From an uncultured virus (IMG/VR IMGVR_UViG_3300044611_000703) (Duplodnaviria > Heunggongvirae > Uroviricota > Caudoviricetes), in the IMG/VR virus record IMGVR_UViG_3300044611_000703, positions 1 to 64,000 of that record: a DNA stretch of 64,000 bases; one strand, given 5' to 3'. Positions 31,145 through 40,670 of this stretch are shown here, in pieces (within the stretch, counting starts at the first letter, position 1; the number at the start of each line of letters is the position of its first letter). Made by a program: the position numbers and the translations under genes. The notes below the pieces were generated by a model. It was not told where the DNA came from and did not search any database. It saw only the letters and a program-made list of their open reading frames with translations.

Positions 31145-34100
31145 TTAATCAAATTTTATTTTACCATCAAAAGTTAAAGGGTCGTTATTCACATTAACAG
31201 TTTTATATAAATTAGCAATATCCGTTTTTTGTTGTGTCTCGGTAGCAGGGTCAGGAACTGTTGTGTATGTAAACTTTCTTAACTTACCTTTAGGATAAGC
31301 GGTTTGGTTTACAAATTTTGAATACGATTCTTTATCCCTAATTGTTTTAATAAATTTTTGTTCAGCAACTAACTCTTTTTTAGTTAAATCCGCAAAATCA
31401 TCACAAATATTATTAAATTTTCTAACTAATTTATTATCATTCTTTAATTCTCCACTAATAATAGCGTTTTTAAATTCAGTTAATTTATTGTTATCATTGA
31501 ATATTTGCGCCATTACCATGAATTGTCGTTTATCCTCAACAGATGCCGTAGCAAATTGTTTAGATATTGGTTCAAATTCTCCCGGACCTTCATACGGTAC
31601 GGTAACAGTTGTAATTATTTTTTCAGCTTCCATTAAAACATTAAACTCATCTAATCTAACACCAACTAAACGATAATCATCACATAATTCTATATACGTA
31701 TCCAATGGAGACCCAAGACTAGCACTATTAACTTCAGTAGTTCCTGAAATAGTATAAACACGAGGAACACCCGTATCTAAAATTTTACCATCAGTTTTTG
31801 TTGTTACTAAATTTATCTTTCTAATTATTTGAACCATATTTTGTTCTAAAACCACAATCTCTTGAATTTTAGTAAACAAACCACTACTATAATCACCTTT
31901 TAACGTGTTAATATATTGATTCATATTTGTCTTAACTCTTTGAATTGTTGCATCTGTAAATTTAAAACCAACTAATCTTGATATGATATAATTTTTATTA
32001 GTAGGGTTGTCAGCATTTATATCTGAGATAAACGTACTAAATAACGAATCAACTTTAGTTTCAACACCTTCAGGTTTACCGTAAATTGGTGCCAATACAC
32101 TACTAGAATTTAAACTTATTTCTCCGGAAGTATATAATCTATCTTGTGTTATTAATTGCCAAACACCATAATTATAAGATTTGACAATACTATCACTTTG
32201 ATTTAAGATATTTGTATAATATTCTTGTGTTGAATCTAATATTTTATCCATAATAGTCATATAGGTAATTTCCCCTGTTTGACCACTAGTAACCGGAATA
32301 TTTGTTAATATGTCTCCAATAGTATTTCCACCATCGTTAACAATATCATTTTGAACATTATTAACTGTAACCGGTGGTTGTGCATCTAATATTGACTGAA
32401 CTAATTTAGCGTCCAAAGCTGAAGTATCTTCAGTCCAAGTCGCTCTTTCATCATAAATTTCAGTATTAGCATAGAAATTAAATGATAACGCATTTTGTAG
32501 TTGTTCCACAGGTCTAGCTAATCCCATACCACCAATCATATCAAAACTTAAATTAACATTTGCAATCATTGGTTGAATACCAATACCTTCAGGATTCATA
32601 TCTAATATTAATGGTTCATATGTAAATGAAATTGTTTTTGGAATTATTTTACCATTATAAAAATCCCCAATCCTTAATACTAAAACCGGTGGTGCCCCAA
32701 AGGCAGTATTTACAGCGTCGTTATATTTTGGTTTACCATCAACACCAATAACAGGTATCGTTTCACCAGGTCTAACACATTGATTTAAGAAAGTTAATCG
32801 AGCATTTAATCCTTCAGGAGTCATAGAGTGAAATGCAGGATTAAAAAATCTAATTTTATCCGCAATAGAACCATATAGAATAGGATTACTTTCTTTAATA
32901 ACATCAAAATAATCACATTCTGTCAATAACTGTCTAATAATACGTTTTCCAATACCTTCTTTTAATTTTTGTTGTATTTCAATTGTTTGAACAGGTTTAA
33001 TAGTATTAATTGTTGTTGCACTAACTTCAGGTGTTACTATTTCAACTTTTTGGGTTGTTGTGGTTGTTGTTACTGTTGGAGTTACTAAAATACTACTAAT
33101 CTTAACTCTTCTACACGCCATAGCATCTGTAGAATACACTTCAGCCTCTTTATTTGAAGTTGTTGTATTTGTGTTTGATTTAATATTTTTACTACAATCA
33201 ACTTGAGAACCACTACCTGACTCACCTTGAGGAATTACAATTTGTTCACCTTGACCACTTTGTAATGTAATTTGAAATGTTTTATCTTCAAAAAATGGAG
33301 CTAAATTAGCGTCACCAATTTTATATGTTTTTAAAAATTGAATTACTGAGTCATTTCTTCGTTTAGATAAATTAGTATTATACGGTACACTAGCGGTCGC
33401 AGATGCCGACCCAACCATTTGTATACTAATAGTCCCCTTTTTTTCTTTTAATATGTTATAAGCATCAACAATAAAATTACTACTATTATTAGCAATTTTA
33501 TTAAAATTTGATATTACAATATTATCGAAAAATTCTCTTACATTTCTATTAACACTACCAGCGTTAAATATTCCACTTGCGGTATCCACATATTTTGTAA
33601 TGTTTGTTGGTGCGGTATAAGCCGAATATGTGACATCATAAGGTACTGATGATACAACCCCCTGTGATTTAGGGTCAGGAATATCATTATCAAAATAAAA
33701 CGCCAATTGAGAATAATTCTTTTTAAAGTCATCAATTGAAGTGTCCGGATTAGCAGTTTGAACCGCAGCATCTGCAGGTGTTCCCGCACCTCCTTGAGGT
33801 ACAGAATTTTCTCTCGGAATGTTAGCGCTAACATTCTTTAACTCTTCATCCGTTAATCTTGGATTACTTAAAATCTCTTGATATGTATATAAATCTTTTG
33901 TAGGTATAGTATTAAATTTTAACGCTAATTCATAAATGTCATACTTAACACATCCTGCAAAGAATGAATCGATTATAGAATTAATTCTTTCTTTACTCTG
34001 TCCTTTTAATTGTTTTTCAACAATAGTATTCATAACTGAAGGACTATCCACAATAATCTTCCAACTTAATTGTCCACTTCTACTTGTATTTTTATACGTA

Positions 34101-36154
34101 TAGATTGGCTCAGGTCTACCTAAAAATGAAGTATCATTCCAATTAGCAGTACTACTATCTGAAAATTTTAAATCATAAGGTGGAAACCACATAACTCTAC
34201 CCCCATTTGGACCTTTCTCACAAACAGGTAATTCATCATAAGTAAACCCAGGTCTACTTGATGTTCTCCAAGCTAAGTTCTCAATTGAGAACATATATTT
34301 TTTAGCATATCCCCCCGTTCCATTAACATTATTTGCTATAATGTTTGTTGACCCCGGATTTCTTAATGGAACAATATTTAAATTGTATGTATTATCTAAA
34401 ACAGAATGTGTAAATCTTCTACCTGATGTAGTTATACCATCTGTTTTTTGTAAATCATTGTAAGTATAATACGGATTATCTTTAGTAAAAACCCTACAAT
34501 ATTCTATACCGGCATCACCTCCTGTTGTATTATCAGTATATGATAAAACTTGAGAACCTTTAGTAATTTCTTTATACCCATCGTGGAATACCTTACTAAT
34601 TTGATTCATCGCATTACCAACGTGTTTTAAACGGGCTTCACCCGTAACACCATCAGCCGAGTCAATTAATCTTTGAGTTTGGTCTAATATGGAAGTTTCT
34701 TTGAACTCAATATTTGTCGATTCATCTCTTGTAATGTTTCCACTAACCAATTGATAATCCTCATCGATTGTTCCTGAACCACCACCCGGTATCGCACGGA
34801 ATCCGGCATTGGCTTTATATTTTGGAGATACCCAAACAAATCCACCGTCAATACCTCCACCGTCACTGTAAGACCTTCCTCCTAAACCAAAATTACTAAG
34901 AGCTGATTCATTACCTTCATATAATATACCCATCTCTGATGGACCATATACTGGTGAAGGGTCTTGTTGACCAAATGCGTTAACAGGTATTTGATTTGGG
35001 GGTGAGGTAATATAAGACGGCTCTGATGTTCTATTACCAACATAATAACCACCAACTAACGTACCATTACCCGGATTAATATTTGGAACTAATAAGTTAA
35101 CTAAACCTTGAGCAACACCAAACAATAAACCATAATCTTTATCATATGATGGTTGATATCTGTTATAATTAATATTTGCAAATAAAACTGACCTTTGTCC
35201 GTTACCGGTGTTTGCCAAGAATATTTGTGAACCACTTCTATTAAGGTTTAATATTGGACCTAATAAACCACCTGTTAATTGATTTACGGTGTTTAATGCG
35301 TTTGATGTTTGTTGTGTTTGACTATTTTCGTTGTTATCGTTAAAATAATCACCAGGTATTAATGAAACAGGCCAATATGCCCCCGCTAATCTTGTTAAGA
35401 AGTCGGCTGCCGCAACAACAGGGTTTTCAGGTACGGTAATCTTCCAATTTTTATAAACTAAAGGTTGTTGACCCGACAACATCATACTAATCTCAAACGG
35501 GTCTTGTAGAGATTCTAAATTAATTAATCCTAATGTATTTTGAAATAACTCAGCATCAATTCTTTTTTTCAATAAAGAATTTAACTCTGACGCTCCGAAT
35601 CTTGCAATAAATGAATCTTGAGATAATAATCCATTACTACCAATAGGATTTGGTGATAATAAAATATTATATGGTGAATACGATGACGGAGCAAAACTTG
35701 GTGGCTCCCAATAAGGTTGATAAATTTTATTATTATTCTCAACGTCAGTAATAATTACTAAATCATTAAAACTTCCTTGAGGTCCATATCTGTTTTGAAT
35801 ATAAGCGGCGTCAATGAAAAACTCATTTACTAAATCTAAAACAGTGTCATTTGGGTTGTATTCCCCTTGATTTGAAGCGACAGGTAAAGGAGGTCCGTTG
35901 AAATTTATTTGAGTACTATAACCCCCATCAGGACCATATTCATTTAACGGATATAATAGATTTGAATAAGAACCATTAGTAATTAACTCACCCGGAGAAT
36001 CAATGACGTTACTAACACTTAAAATTGTTTCATAATTAACTTGACTCACAGGTGGGGTATATACTCCCTGAACACTGTAAGGTGCCAAGTTTTTAACCAT
36101 TAGTGAATTTCTAAAGGAAGACGTGGATGCAAATGATAATGAACTCTCTGCCAT
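31145..36154 (-). CDS. Baseplate/tube-initiator-like protein with an internal OmpA-like domain
   Basis: WNDTSFLGRPEPIYTYKNTSR and GAPPVLVLRIGDFY tube-initiator-like motifs flank FYFDND...GSASA...YNTNLSKRRNDSV...GQGE...CRRVKI. Confidence 0.65.
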   Translation of the reverse strand: MAESSLSFASTSSFRNSLMVKNLAPYSVQGVYTPPVSQVNYETILSVSNVIDSPGELITNGSYSNLLYPLNEYGPDGGYSTQINFNGPPLPVASNQGEYNPNDTVLDLVNEFFIDAAYIQNRYGPQGSFNDLVIITDVENNNKIYQPYWEPPSFAPSSYSPYNILLSPNPIGSNGLLSQDSFIARFGASELNSLLKKRIDAELFQNTLGLINLESLQDPFEISMMLSGQQPLVYKNWKITVPENPVVAAADFLTRLAGAYWPVSLIPGDYFNDNNENSQTQQTSNALNTVNQLTGGLLGPILNLNRSGSQIFLANTGNGQRSVLFANINYNRYQPSYDKDYGLLFGVAQGLVNLLVPNINPGNGTLVGGYYVGNRTSEPSYITSPPNQIPVNAFGQQDPSPVYGPSEMGILYEGNESALSNFGLGGRSYSDGGGIDGGFVWVSPKYKANAGFRAIPGGGSGTIDEDYQLVSGNITRDESTNIEFKETSILDQTQRLIDSADGVTGEARLKHVGNAMNQISKVFHDGYKEITKGSQVLSYTDNTTGGDAGIEYCRVFTKDNPYYTYNDLQKTDGITTSGRRFTHSVLDNTYNLNIVPLRNPGSTNIIANNVNGTGGYAKKYMFSIENLAWRTSSRPGFTYDELPVCEKGPNGGRVMWFPPYDLKFSDSSTANWNDTSFLGRPEPIYTYKNTSRSGQLSWKIIVDSPSVMNTIVEKQLKGQSKERINSIIDSFFAGCVKYDIYELALKFNTIPTKDLYTYQEILSNPRLTDEELKNVSANIPRENSVPQGGAGTPADAAVQTANPDTSIDDFKKNYSQLAFYFDNDIPDPKSQGVVSSVPYDVTYSAYTAPTNITKYVDTASGIFNAGSVNRNVREFFDNIVISNFNKIANNSSNFIVDAYNILKEKKGTISIQMVGSASATASVPYNTNLSKRRNDSVIQFLKTYKIGDANLAPFFEDKTFQITLQSGQGEQIVIPQGESGSGSQVDCSKNIKSNTNTTTSNKEAEVYSTDAMACRRVKISSILVTPTVTTTTTTQKVEIVTPEVSATTINTIKPVQTIEIQQKLKEGIGKRIIRQLLTECDYFDVIKESNPILYGSIADKIRFFNPAFHSMTPEGLNARLTFLNQCVRPGETIPVIGVDGKPKYNDAVNTAFGAPPVLVLRIGDFYNGKIIPKTISFTYEPLILDMNPEGIGIQPMIANVNLSFDMIGGMGLARPVEQLQNALSFNFYANTEIYDERATWTEDTSALDAKLVQSILDAQPPVTVNNVQNDIVNDGGNTIGDILTNIPVTSGQTGEITYMTIMDKILDSTQEYYTNILNQSDSIVKSYNYGVWQLITQDRLYTSGEISLNSSSVLAPIYGKPEGVETKVDSLFSTFISDINADNPTNKNYIISRLVGFKFTDATIQRVKTNMNQYINTLKGDYSSGLFTKIQEIVVLEQNMVQIIRKINLVTTKTDGKILDTGVPRVYTISGTTEVNSASLGSPLDTYIELCDDYRLVGVRLDEFNVLMEAEKIITTVTVPYEGPGEFEPISKQFATASVEDKRQFMVMAQIFNDNNKLTEFKNAIISGELKNDNKLVRKFNNICDDFADLTKKELVAEQKFIKTIRDKESYSKFVNQTAYPKGKLRKFTYTTVPDPATETQQKTDIANLYKTVNVNNDPLTFDGKIKFD

Positions 36155-36191
36155 ATATTCTGATTTACCTATAAATAGATTGTACTTTATT

Positions 36192-38072
36192 TTATGCTAA
36201 TGAACTCGCACTAATATTACTATTCATTAATTGTGTTTTGTTTGCGGTTGGAGCCATTAAACCATTACTATACATCGCCTCTTTTAACGCTCCGACCATA
36301 CCTTGTTGAACGTCAGTATTTTTAAGAGCCATTACTATTTGGTTAGTGTCAACATTACCTGTTGTTTTTAAATCTATATTGTGATTTAATGTTATTTCAA
36401 TTGGTCTATCAGTAGATGGATTAGTTGCTGTTTGTGATGTATTAGTAGGAATTGTTGAGGCATTTCTAACATTACTAATTTCTGTTTGAGTAATATTTGT
36501 TTCCTGTTTCTTATTACTTTCTATCTTACTTATATCACCCGATAAAAGTTTTTTAAGTTGGTCAATCACAGGGTAATCATTTTTTATTTTTTCAGATTCG
36601 ATTTGGGCGTTTTTCATTCCGGTTTCATAAGCAGAATTAAGTAATGACCCTAATTTTTTTAAATTTTCCCCAACTTCTTTTCTTGCCTCACCAGCACTTA
36701 TCTCACCATCTGTTAATCTTTTAAGAACATCTAAATTTTTATCTATACCTGAGTCAATTGATGACGCAAGATTTTTTGTACTCATCTCTTTTGGTGAAAG
36801 TGTTTTTCTAACTGCGGTTGAAGTATCTCTAAGAAAATTTATACCAGTACCCATCGCTTTAGTTCTTGCAGCCCCTAAACCTGTTTGGTCTGCCAATGAT
36901 TTAATATCCGCAGCCATTTTTTCTGTAACACTTAATTGACTAACAGCTAATTCCTCCATTGTTTTTGGAGCGGTATTAGCCATTTTTTCAAGATTTGCAA
37001 CATCTTTTTCATTTAATTGGTCAAGGGCTTTGGTAATAGTTTCACCTGTTTGTTCATCTTTGACTTGAACTTCATATTTACCTCCAGCACCCATTTCAGC
37101 CATATTGGCTATCATTTTTTGCTTATCTTCATCTAAGCCCGGTAAATCAGGAAAACGAATTTTACTCATTTTATCCTCTAATTCAGCACTACCTAACGCC
37201 ATTTTAGTCAATTGTTCATAAGGTATACCCATCGCTTTGGATATTTCTCTCATTTGACGTTTCGCCCCCGGCATAATTTCAAAATTACCGTCTTTACCTA
37301 ATTGAACAAATTGTTTACTCATTTGAGCAATTTGGTTTTGTAATTCAGCCGGGTCATTTTGAGCTAAATCCATCATTTTAAGTGGGTCAAGTAAACTACT
37401 TTGAGAAACACCTAATCTTTGCATTGCCGCAGCCATTTCAATAGCCCCTTCCGGGTCAAATACTTTTTCCGCAAACGCCAATGTTTGACTCATATCAATT
37501 CTTAATAAACTCGCTTGAGCAGCCATTTTAGCCAAACCGGATACTCCTCCTTCAAAATTATATTTGTTTAGGGCATCCATATTTTGTAAAACTTTTGCCG
37601 AAACATCTGCGGCGTTTACACCTGACTGAGTAGCAATATCAACAACTTTTTTCATTTCACCCGCAACTCGTCCCGCACCAATTCCAACATCTTTAAATCC
37701 TGATACTAACGTACCAACTTCTTGACCTGTTACTTTCACTGTTGCATAAAGGTCTTTATTTACTTCCGCAGATAATATTACGTTTCGTTGTAAAGCTTTT
37801 GAAGCCTCCATTTGTGTTTTAATAACCGCATCAATATCCCCACCTAAAGTTCTAACACCAGTAACCGCATCAGCCATAGTGGCTCTTAATGTTTGAGCCA
37901 TTTCTTGACCAACACCAAATTGTTTTAAAAGGGTACTAGCCCCTTTATCAAGTTCGGCAACGACTTTACCAACTGCTTCGGTTTGAAAATTACTTAATAA
38001 AGCTTTACCGAACGAATCAAGAATATCTTTACCTTTTTGACCACTAGCGTCTAAACTACTTGCATCTTGCAT
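36192..38072 (-). CDS. Tail tape measure-like protein
   Basis: 626 aa, Ala/Met/Lys-rich and helical; lies downstream of the tube and chaperone genes. Confidence 0.7.
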   Translation of the reverse strand: MQDASSLDASGQKGKDILDSFGKALLSNFQTEAVGKVVAELDKGASTLLKQFGVGQEMAQTLRATMADAVTGVRTLGGDIDAVIKTQMEASKALQRNVILSAEVNKDLYATVKVTGQEVGTLVSGFKDVGIGAGRVAGEMKKVVDIATQSGVNAADVSAKVLQNMDALNKYNFEGGVSGLAKMAAQASLLRIDMSQTLAFAEKVFDPEGAIEMAAAMQRLGVSQSSLLDPLKMMDLAQNDPAELQNQIAQMSKQFVQLGKDGNFEIMPGAKRQMREISKAMGIPYEQLTKMALGSAELEDKMSKIRFPDLPGLDEDKQKMIANMAEMGAGGKYEVQVKDEQTGETITKALDQLNEKDVANLEKMANTAPKTMEELAVSQLSVTEKMAADIKSLADQTGLGAARTKAMGTGINFLRDTSTAVRKTLSPKEMSTKNLASSIDSGIDKNLDVLKRLTDGEISAGEARKEVGENLKKLGSLLNSAYETGMKNAQIESEKIKNDYPVIDQLKKLLSGDISKIESNKKQETNITQTEISNVRNASTIPTNTSQTATNPSTDRPIEITLNHNIDLKTTGNVDTNQIVMALKNTDVQQGMVGALKEAMYSNGLMAPTANKTQLMNSNISASSLA

Positions 38073-38093
38073 ATTAAATTTGTTTTATAAATA

Positions 38094-38135
38094 AATACAC
38101 CAAAGACATATTTTAATTTAGGTCTTTGGTGTATT
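38094..38135 (-). terminator. 14-bp hairpin spanning the stop codon of the chaperone extension
   Basis: AATACACCAAAGAC (38094-107) / GTCTTTGGTGTATT (38122-135), followed on the minus strand by a T-rich run that overlaps the TATTTAT motif. Confidence 0.55.
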
Positions 38136-38276
38136 ATCTTCTAGAATTCTGTTTATTAAAAATTTCCTAACATAAGTAGGCATCTCGTTGAAGTCACTAT
38201 ATGATGTTCTTATAAATTTAGCCATCAAATAATATTCCTCAATTAGTAGTTGTCGATAGTTAAAAGAAAGGCCGAA
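38118..38276 (-). CDS. Unannotated +1-frame ORF: C-terminal extension of the tail chaperone (gpT/T4 gp51-like), or a separate 35-aa ORF from ATG 38225
   Basis: Reads FGLSFNYRQLLIEEYYLMAKFIRTSYSDFNEMPTYVRKFLINRILEDNTPKT*; the S-x-x-x-x-x-x-MP-x-x-x-R pattern resembles gp51/chaperone T segments. Confidence 0.65.
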   Translation of the reverse strand, partial: FGLSFNYRQLLIEEYYLMAKFIRTSYSDFNEMPTYVRKFLINRILEDNTPKT

Positions 38277-39015
38277 AAAACTCAACCCCAAAGGTTATCT
38301 CGTAAGATACCAATTCTCCTGATGGGGCGGTTGCAGTTCTTTTAAGGTCTAATGACGGTTCATTTTCTCTTAAAAAAGTTCTTATGTATTTAGAGTCCAT
38401 AATAGGTAAAGTATCAACAAACATCGCTATTTTACCTCTATCGTTATCACCATCAATCTCAACAATTTGTTTTTGTAATTTCCAAGTTATTCTTGGCGCT
38501 TGTCTTCCCACGGGATATTGTTCAACCATTTTATCCAACTCAATAGTGTCATGAAAAGTGGTAGGTCTTAATTTAATTGTTACACCTGTTTTAGGTAATG
38601 TTGTAGTAAAAAAACCATTTTCATCAGGTTGATGTTTACATTGTTTAATATTTAATTCATCCAAGACAACAGTGTGTGAAAAAGTTTTACTAGTACTTGG
38701 GTCAATTAAATTAATTGTATATTCCGGACCAAAAGAAGTATTTCTTAAAAAGATTAAAATTGCTTCAACATCACCATCCATTAATTCTTCAGGACGTAAA
38801 TCATGTTCATATAATTTATTTCTTAATAAAGTAAATACAATATTTTCTTTACCAGCCATTGCACCAATCAAATAATTTTCATCAGATGCCGTTAAATAAC
38901 CTACTTTAACCGATTTTTTCTTAGATTTATAAAAAATTCCACCACTCGGTAATGATACCACGTCATGTGGTAATGTGAAATTTTCTGTTGCTGCATTAAT
39001 TAAACTTTCGTCCAT
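38260..39015 (-). CDS. Tail assembly chaperone / T4 gp26-like baseplate hub assembly protein
   Basis: VSLPSGGIFY...VKVGYLTASDE, C-terminal ITFGVEFFRP; lies between tube and tape measure genes. Confidence 0.7.
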   Translation of the reverse strand: MDESLINAATENFTLPHDVVSLPSGGIFYKSKKKSVKVGYLTASDENYLIGAMAGKENIVFTLLRNKLYEHDLRPEELMDGDVEAILIFLRNTSFGPEYTINLIDPSTSKTFSHTVVLDELNIKQCKHQPDENGFFTTTLPKTGVTIKLRPTTFHDTIELDKMVEQYPVGRQAPRITWKLQKQIVEIDGDNDRGKIAMFVDTLPIMDSKYIRTFLRENEPSLDLKRTATAPSGELVSYEITFGVEFFRPFF

Positions 39016-39072
39016 ATAAATTTGTTTTTATTATAAAATATAATCGTATATGTTTTTTTATCAATAGTTAAT

Positions 39073-39103
39073 AAAAAATCCACATATTTTTGATATGTGG
39101 ATT
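39073..39103 (-). terminator. Intrinsic terminator after the tail tube gene
   Basis: AATCCACATAT / ATATGTGGATT stem followed by a T-run on the minus strand. Confidence 0.75.
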
Positions 39104-39128
39104 CTTAATTTTAAATATAAAGTATTTT

Positions 39129-39617
39129 TTAGTAAACTAATATACATCTATCCATACGTAATACCGCTGATATTGTCGCTAAAGCGTCTGTACTATACGC
39201 CAACGAATCAAAGTTAACATCAGATAAGAAAGTTCCTTCTAATATCCATTTCTCAACAACTACACCCGTTGGGTCTAACATCTCAAGGTCAACATTCTTT
39301 TTATAACCCGCAGCATACCCCATACGTCCGGTAACTGATTCTGCACATAAACGTACCCATTCCATAAGTGCCTGAGACGCAGAAGGTCCAATTGGGTCAC
39401 GGAATTTAACATTTATTGTACCCCAAGTAAAACGACCGGCAACATATGTTTCAGTGTTTAAAAATGGAATCGCAACAGGATTAATTGTTATTTTTGGTCT
39501 TGCTGCCGATTCTACGAACCATTCATTAATCCCTAATGTTGAAGGAAAACGTAATATAAACCTATTTTGTCTTTTAGGTTCGTAAGGTATGGGCATTTTC
39601 ATTAATAAATCAGCCAT
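39129..39617 (-). CDS. Tail tube protein (T4 gp19-like)
   Basis: YEPKRQNRF, YVAGRFTWGTINVKFRD, GYKKNVDLEMLDPTG.VVEKW.LEG. Confidence 0.88.
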   Translation of the reverse strand: MADLLMKMPIPYEPKRQNRFILRFPSTLGINEWFVESAARPKITINPVAIPFLNTETYVAGRFTWGTINVKFRDPIGPSASQALMEWVRLCAESVTGRMGYAAGYKKNVDLEMLDPTGVVVEKWILEGTFLSDVNFDSLAYSTDALATISAVLRMDRCILVY

Positions 39618-39687
39618 TTCAATTTGTTTTTAATTTTATTTATTTTATCTTTATTTAATAAATATCACTATTTAAAAAATATTTTAG

Positions 39688-39716
39688 TTGACTTTTAGAA
39701 TTTAATTTATTATCAT
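39688..39716 (+). promoter_or_regulatory. Sigma70-like promoter with no sense gene downstream (antisense orientation)
   Basis: TTGACT (39688-93), 17 bp spacer, TATCAT (39711-16). Confidence 0.5.
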
Positions 39717-39727
39717 TCTCTTCCAGT

Positions 39728-39771
39728 CTAGTTTATTTAATACTAGTTTTAATTTACTAGTTTTTCTAGTT
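39728..39771. repeat. Four CTAGTT direct repeats in an AT-rich intergenic region
   Basis: CTAGTT at 39728, 39743, 39757 and 39766. Confidence 0.7.
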
Positions 39772-39789
39772 CTTATTTATTATAACTAT

Positions 39790-40611
39790 TTAATATTCTT
39801 TTTTTATTCCTCCTGCTGTTGAATAAGTTTTAATAATATTTTCTGGGTCTTGCTCAAAATGTTTTTTAACTACATCCACATTTCTTACATCATCATCTGA
39901 AAATCCTACTTTAGGTACAAAATAATTACTAATTTTGTTTTTTAAGAAAGCTTTTTTCTGAATTCTTTTTGAAACATCTTTAACATATTGAACAAATTCT
40001 TTTAAAGCTTTAATTTTACCTTCTTCCGGATTTGTTGCTGAACCCTCACCAAAAGACACCGGATAAAAACGACACATATCTAAATATTCTTTTATCATTT
40101 CTGATTTAGATATTTCTTCTTCATCCGCCAAATCACGATATTTTTCTAAATTCTTAATTAGTTCATTAGAATTTATACCGTTTGTGTTTGAAACAATATA
40201 ATTGTAAACACCTTGTTTAAGTACGTTAGGGTTGTGACCTCTTGCGGTAACAATCGAAAAAATTGACCCATTATTAATTGCTTCAACGAAATCAGGCCAA
40301 GCAGGACCTGGTTTTGCTAACATAGCGTCAACAATAAATTGTTTATCACCTTTATCCCGGAAATATCTGAAAGGTTCATCCGCAAAACCAACAATAGTAT
40401 GGTCATTATACTCGAATGGTTGATTACCAATCTCCGTTCTATAATCCGCAAAATCTTCAGTAGACATACCTACTTCACGACCTTCATCATCTTTTAAAAT
40501 AATTTTAGTTGGCATTGTAACAATGTTATCATCCCAATCAAATGCGTAGTATTTTTCATCAGGAGCTCCTGCGTCGTCAATACCTTCTTTTAAAATTTTT
40601 TTATTAAACAT
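39790..40611 (-). CDS. HAD-superfamily phosphatase-like protein
   Basis: Motif I AFDWDDNI, motif II IVTARG, conserved K, motif IV GFSDDD. Confidence 0.7.
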   Translation of the reverse strand: MFNKKILKEGIDDAGAPDEKYYAFDWDDNIVTMPTKIILKDDEGREVGMSTEDFADYRTEIGNQPFEYNDHTIVGFADEPFRYFRDKGDKQFIVDAMLAKPGPAWPDFVEAINNGSIFSIVTARGHNPNVLKQGVYNYIVSNTNGINSNELIKNLEKYRDLADEEEISKSEMIKEYLDMCRFYPVSFGEGSATNPEEGKIKALKEFVQYVKDVSKRIQKKAFLKNKISNYFVPKVGFSDDDVRNVDVVKKHFEQDPENIIKTYSTAGGIKKEY

Positions 40612-40627
40612 AATTGTTATTTGGCTT

Positions 40628-40670
40628 AATTATGACCCACTATTACAATGGGTCATAATTTTATTTATTA
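40628..40670. terminator. 12-bp hairpin downstream of the sheath gene; T-rich tail only on the plus strand
   Basis: AATTATGACCCA / TGGGTCATAATT, then TTATTTATT on the plus strand. Confidence 0.55.
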
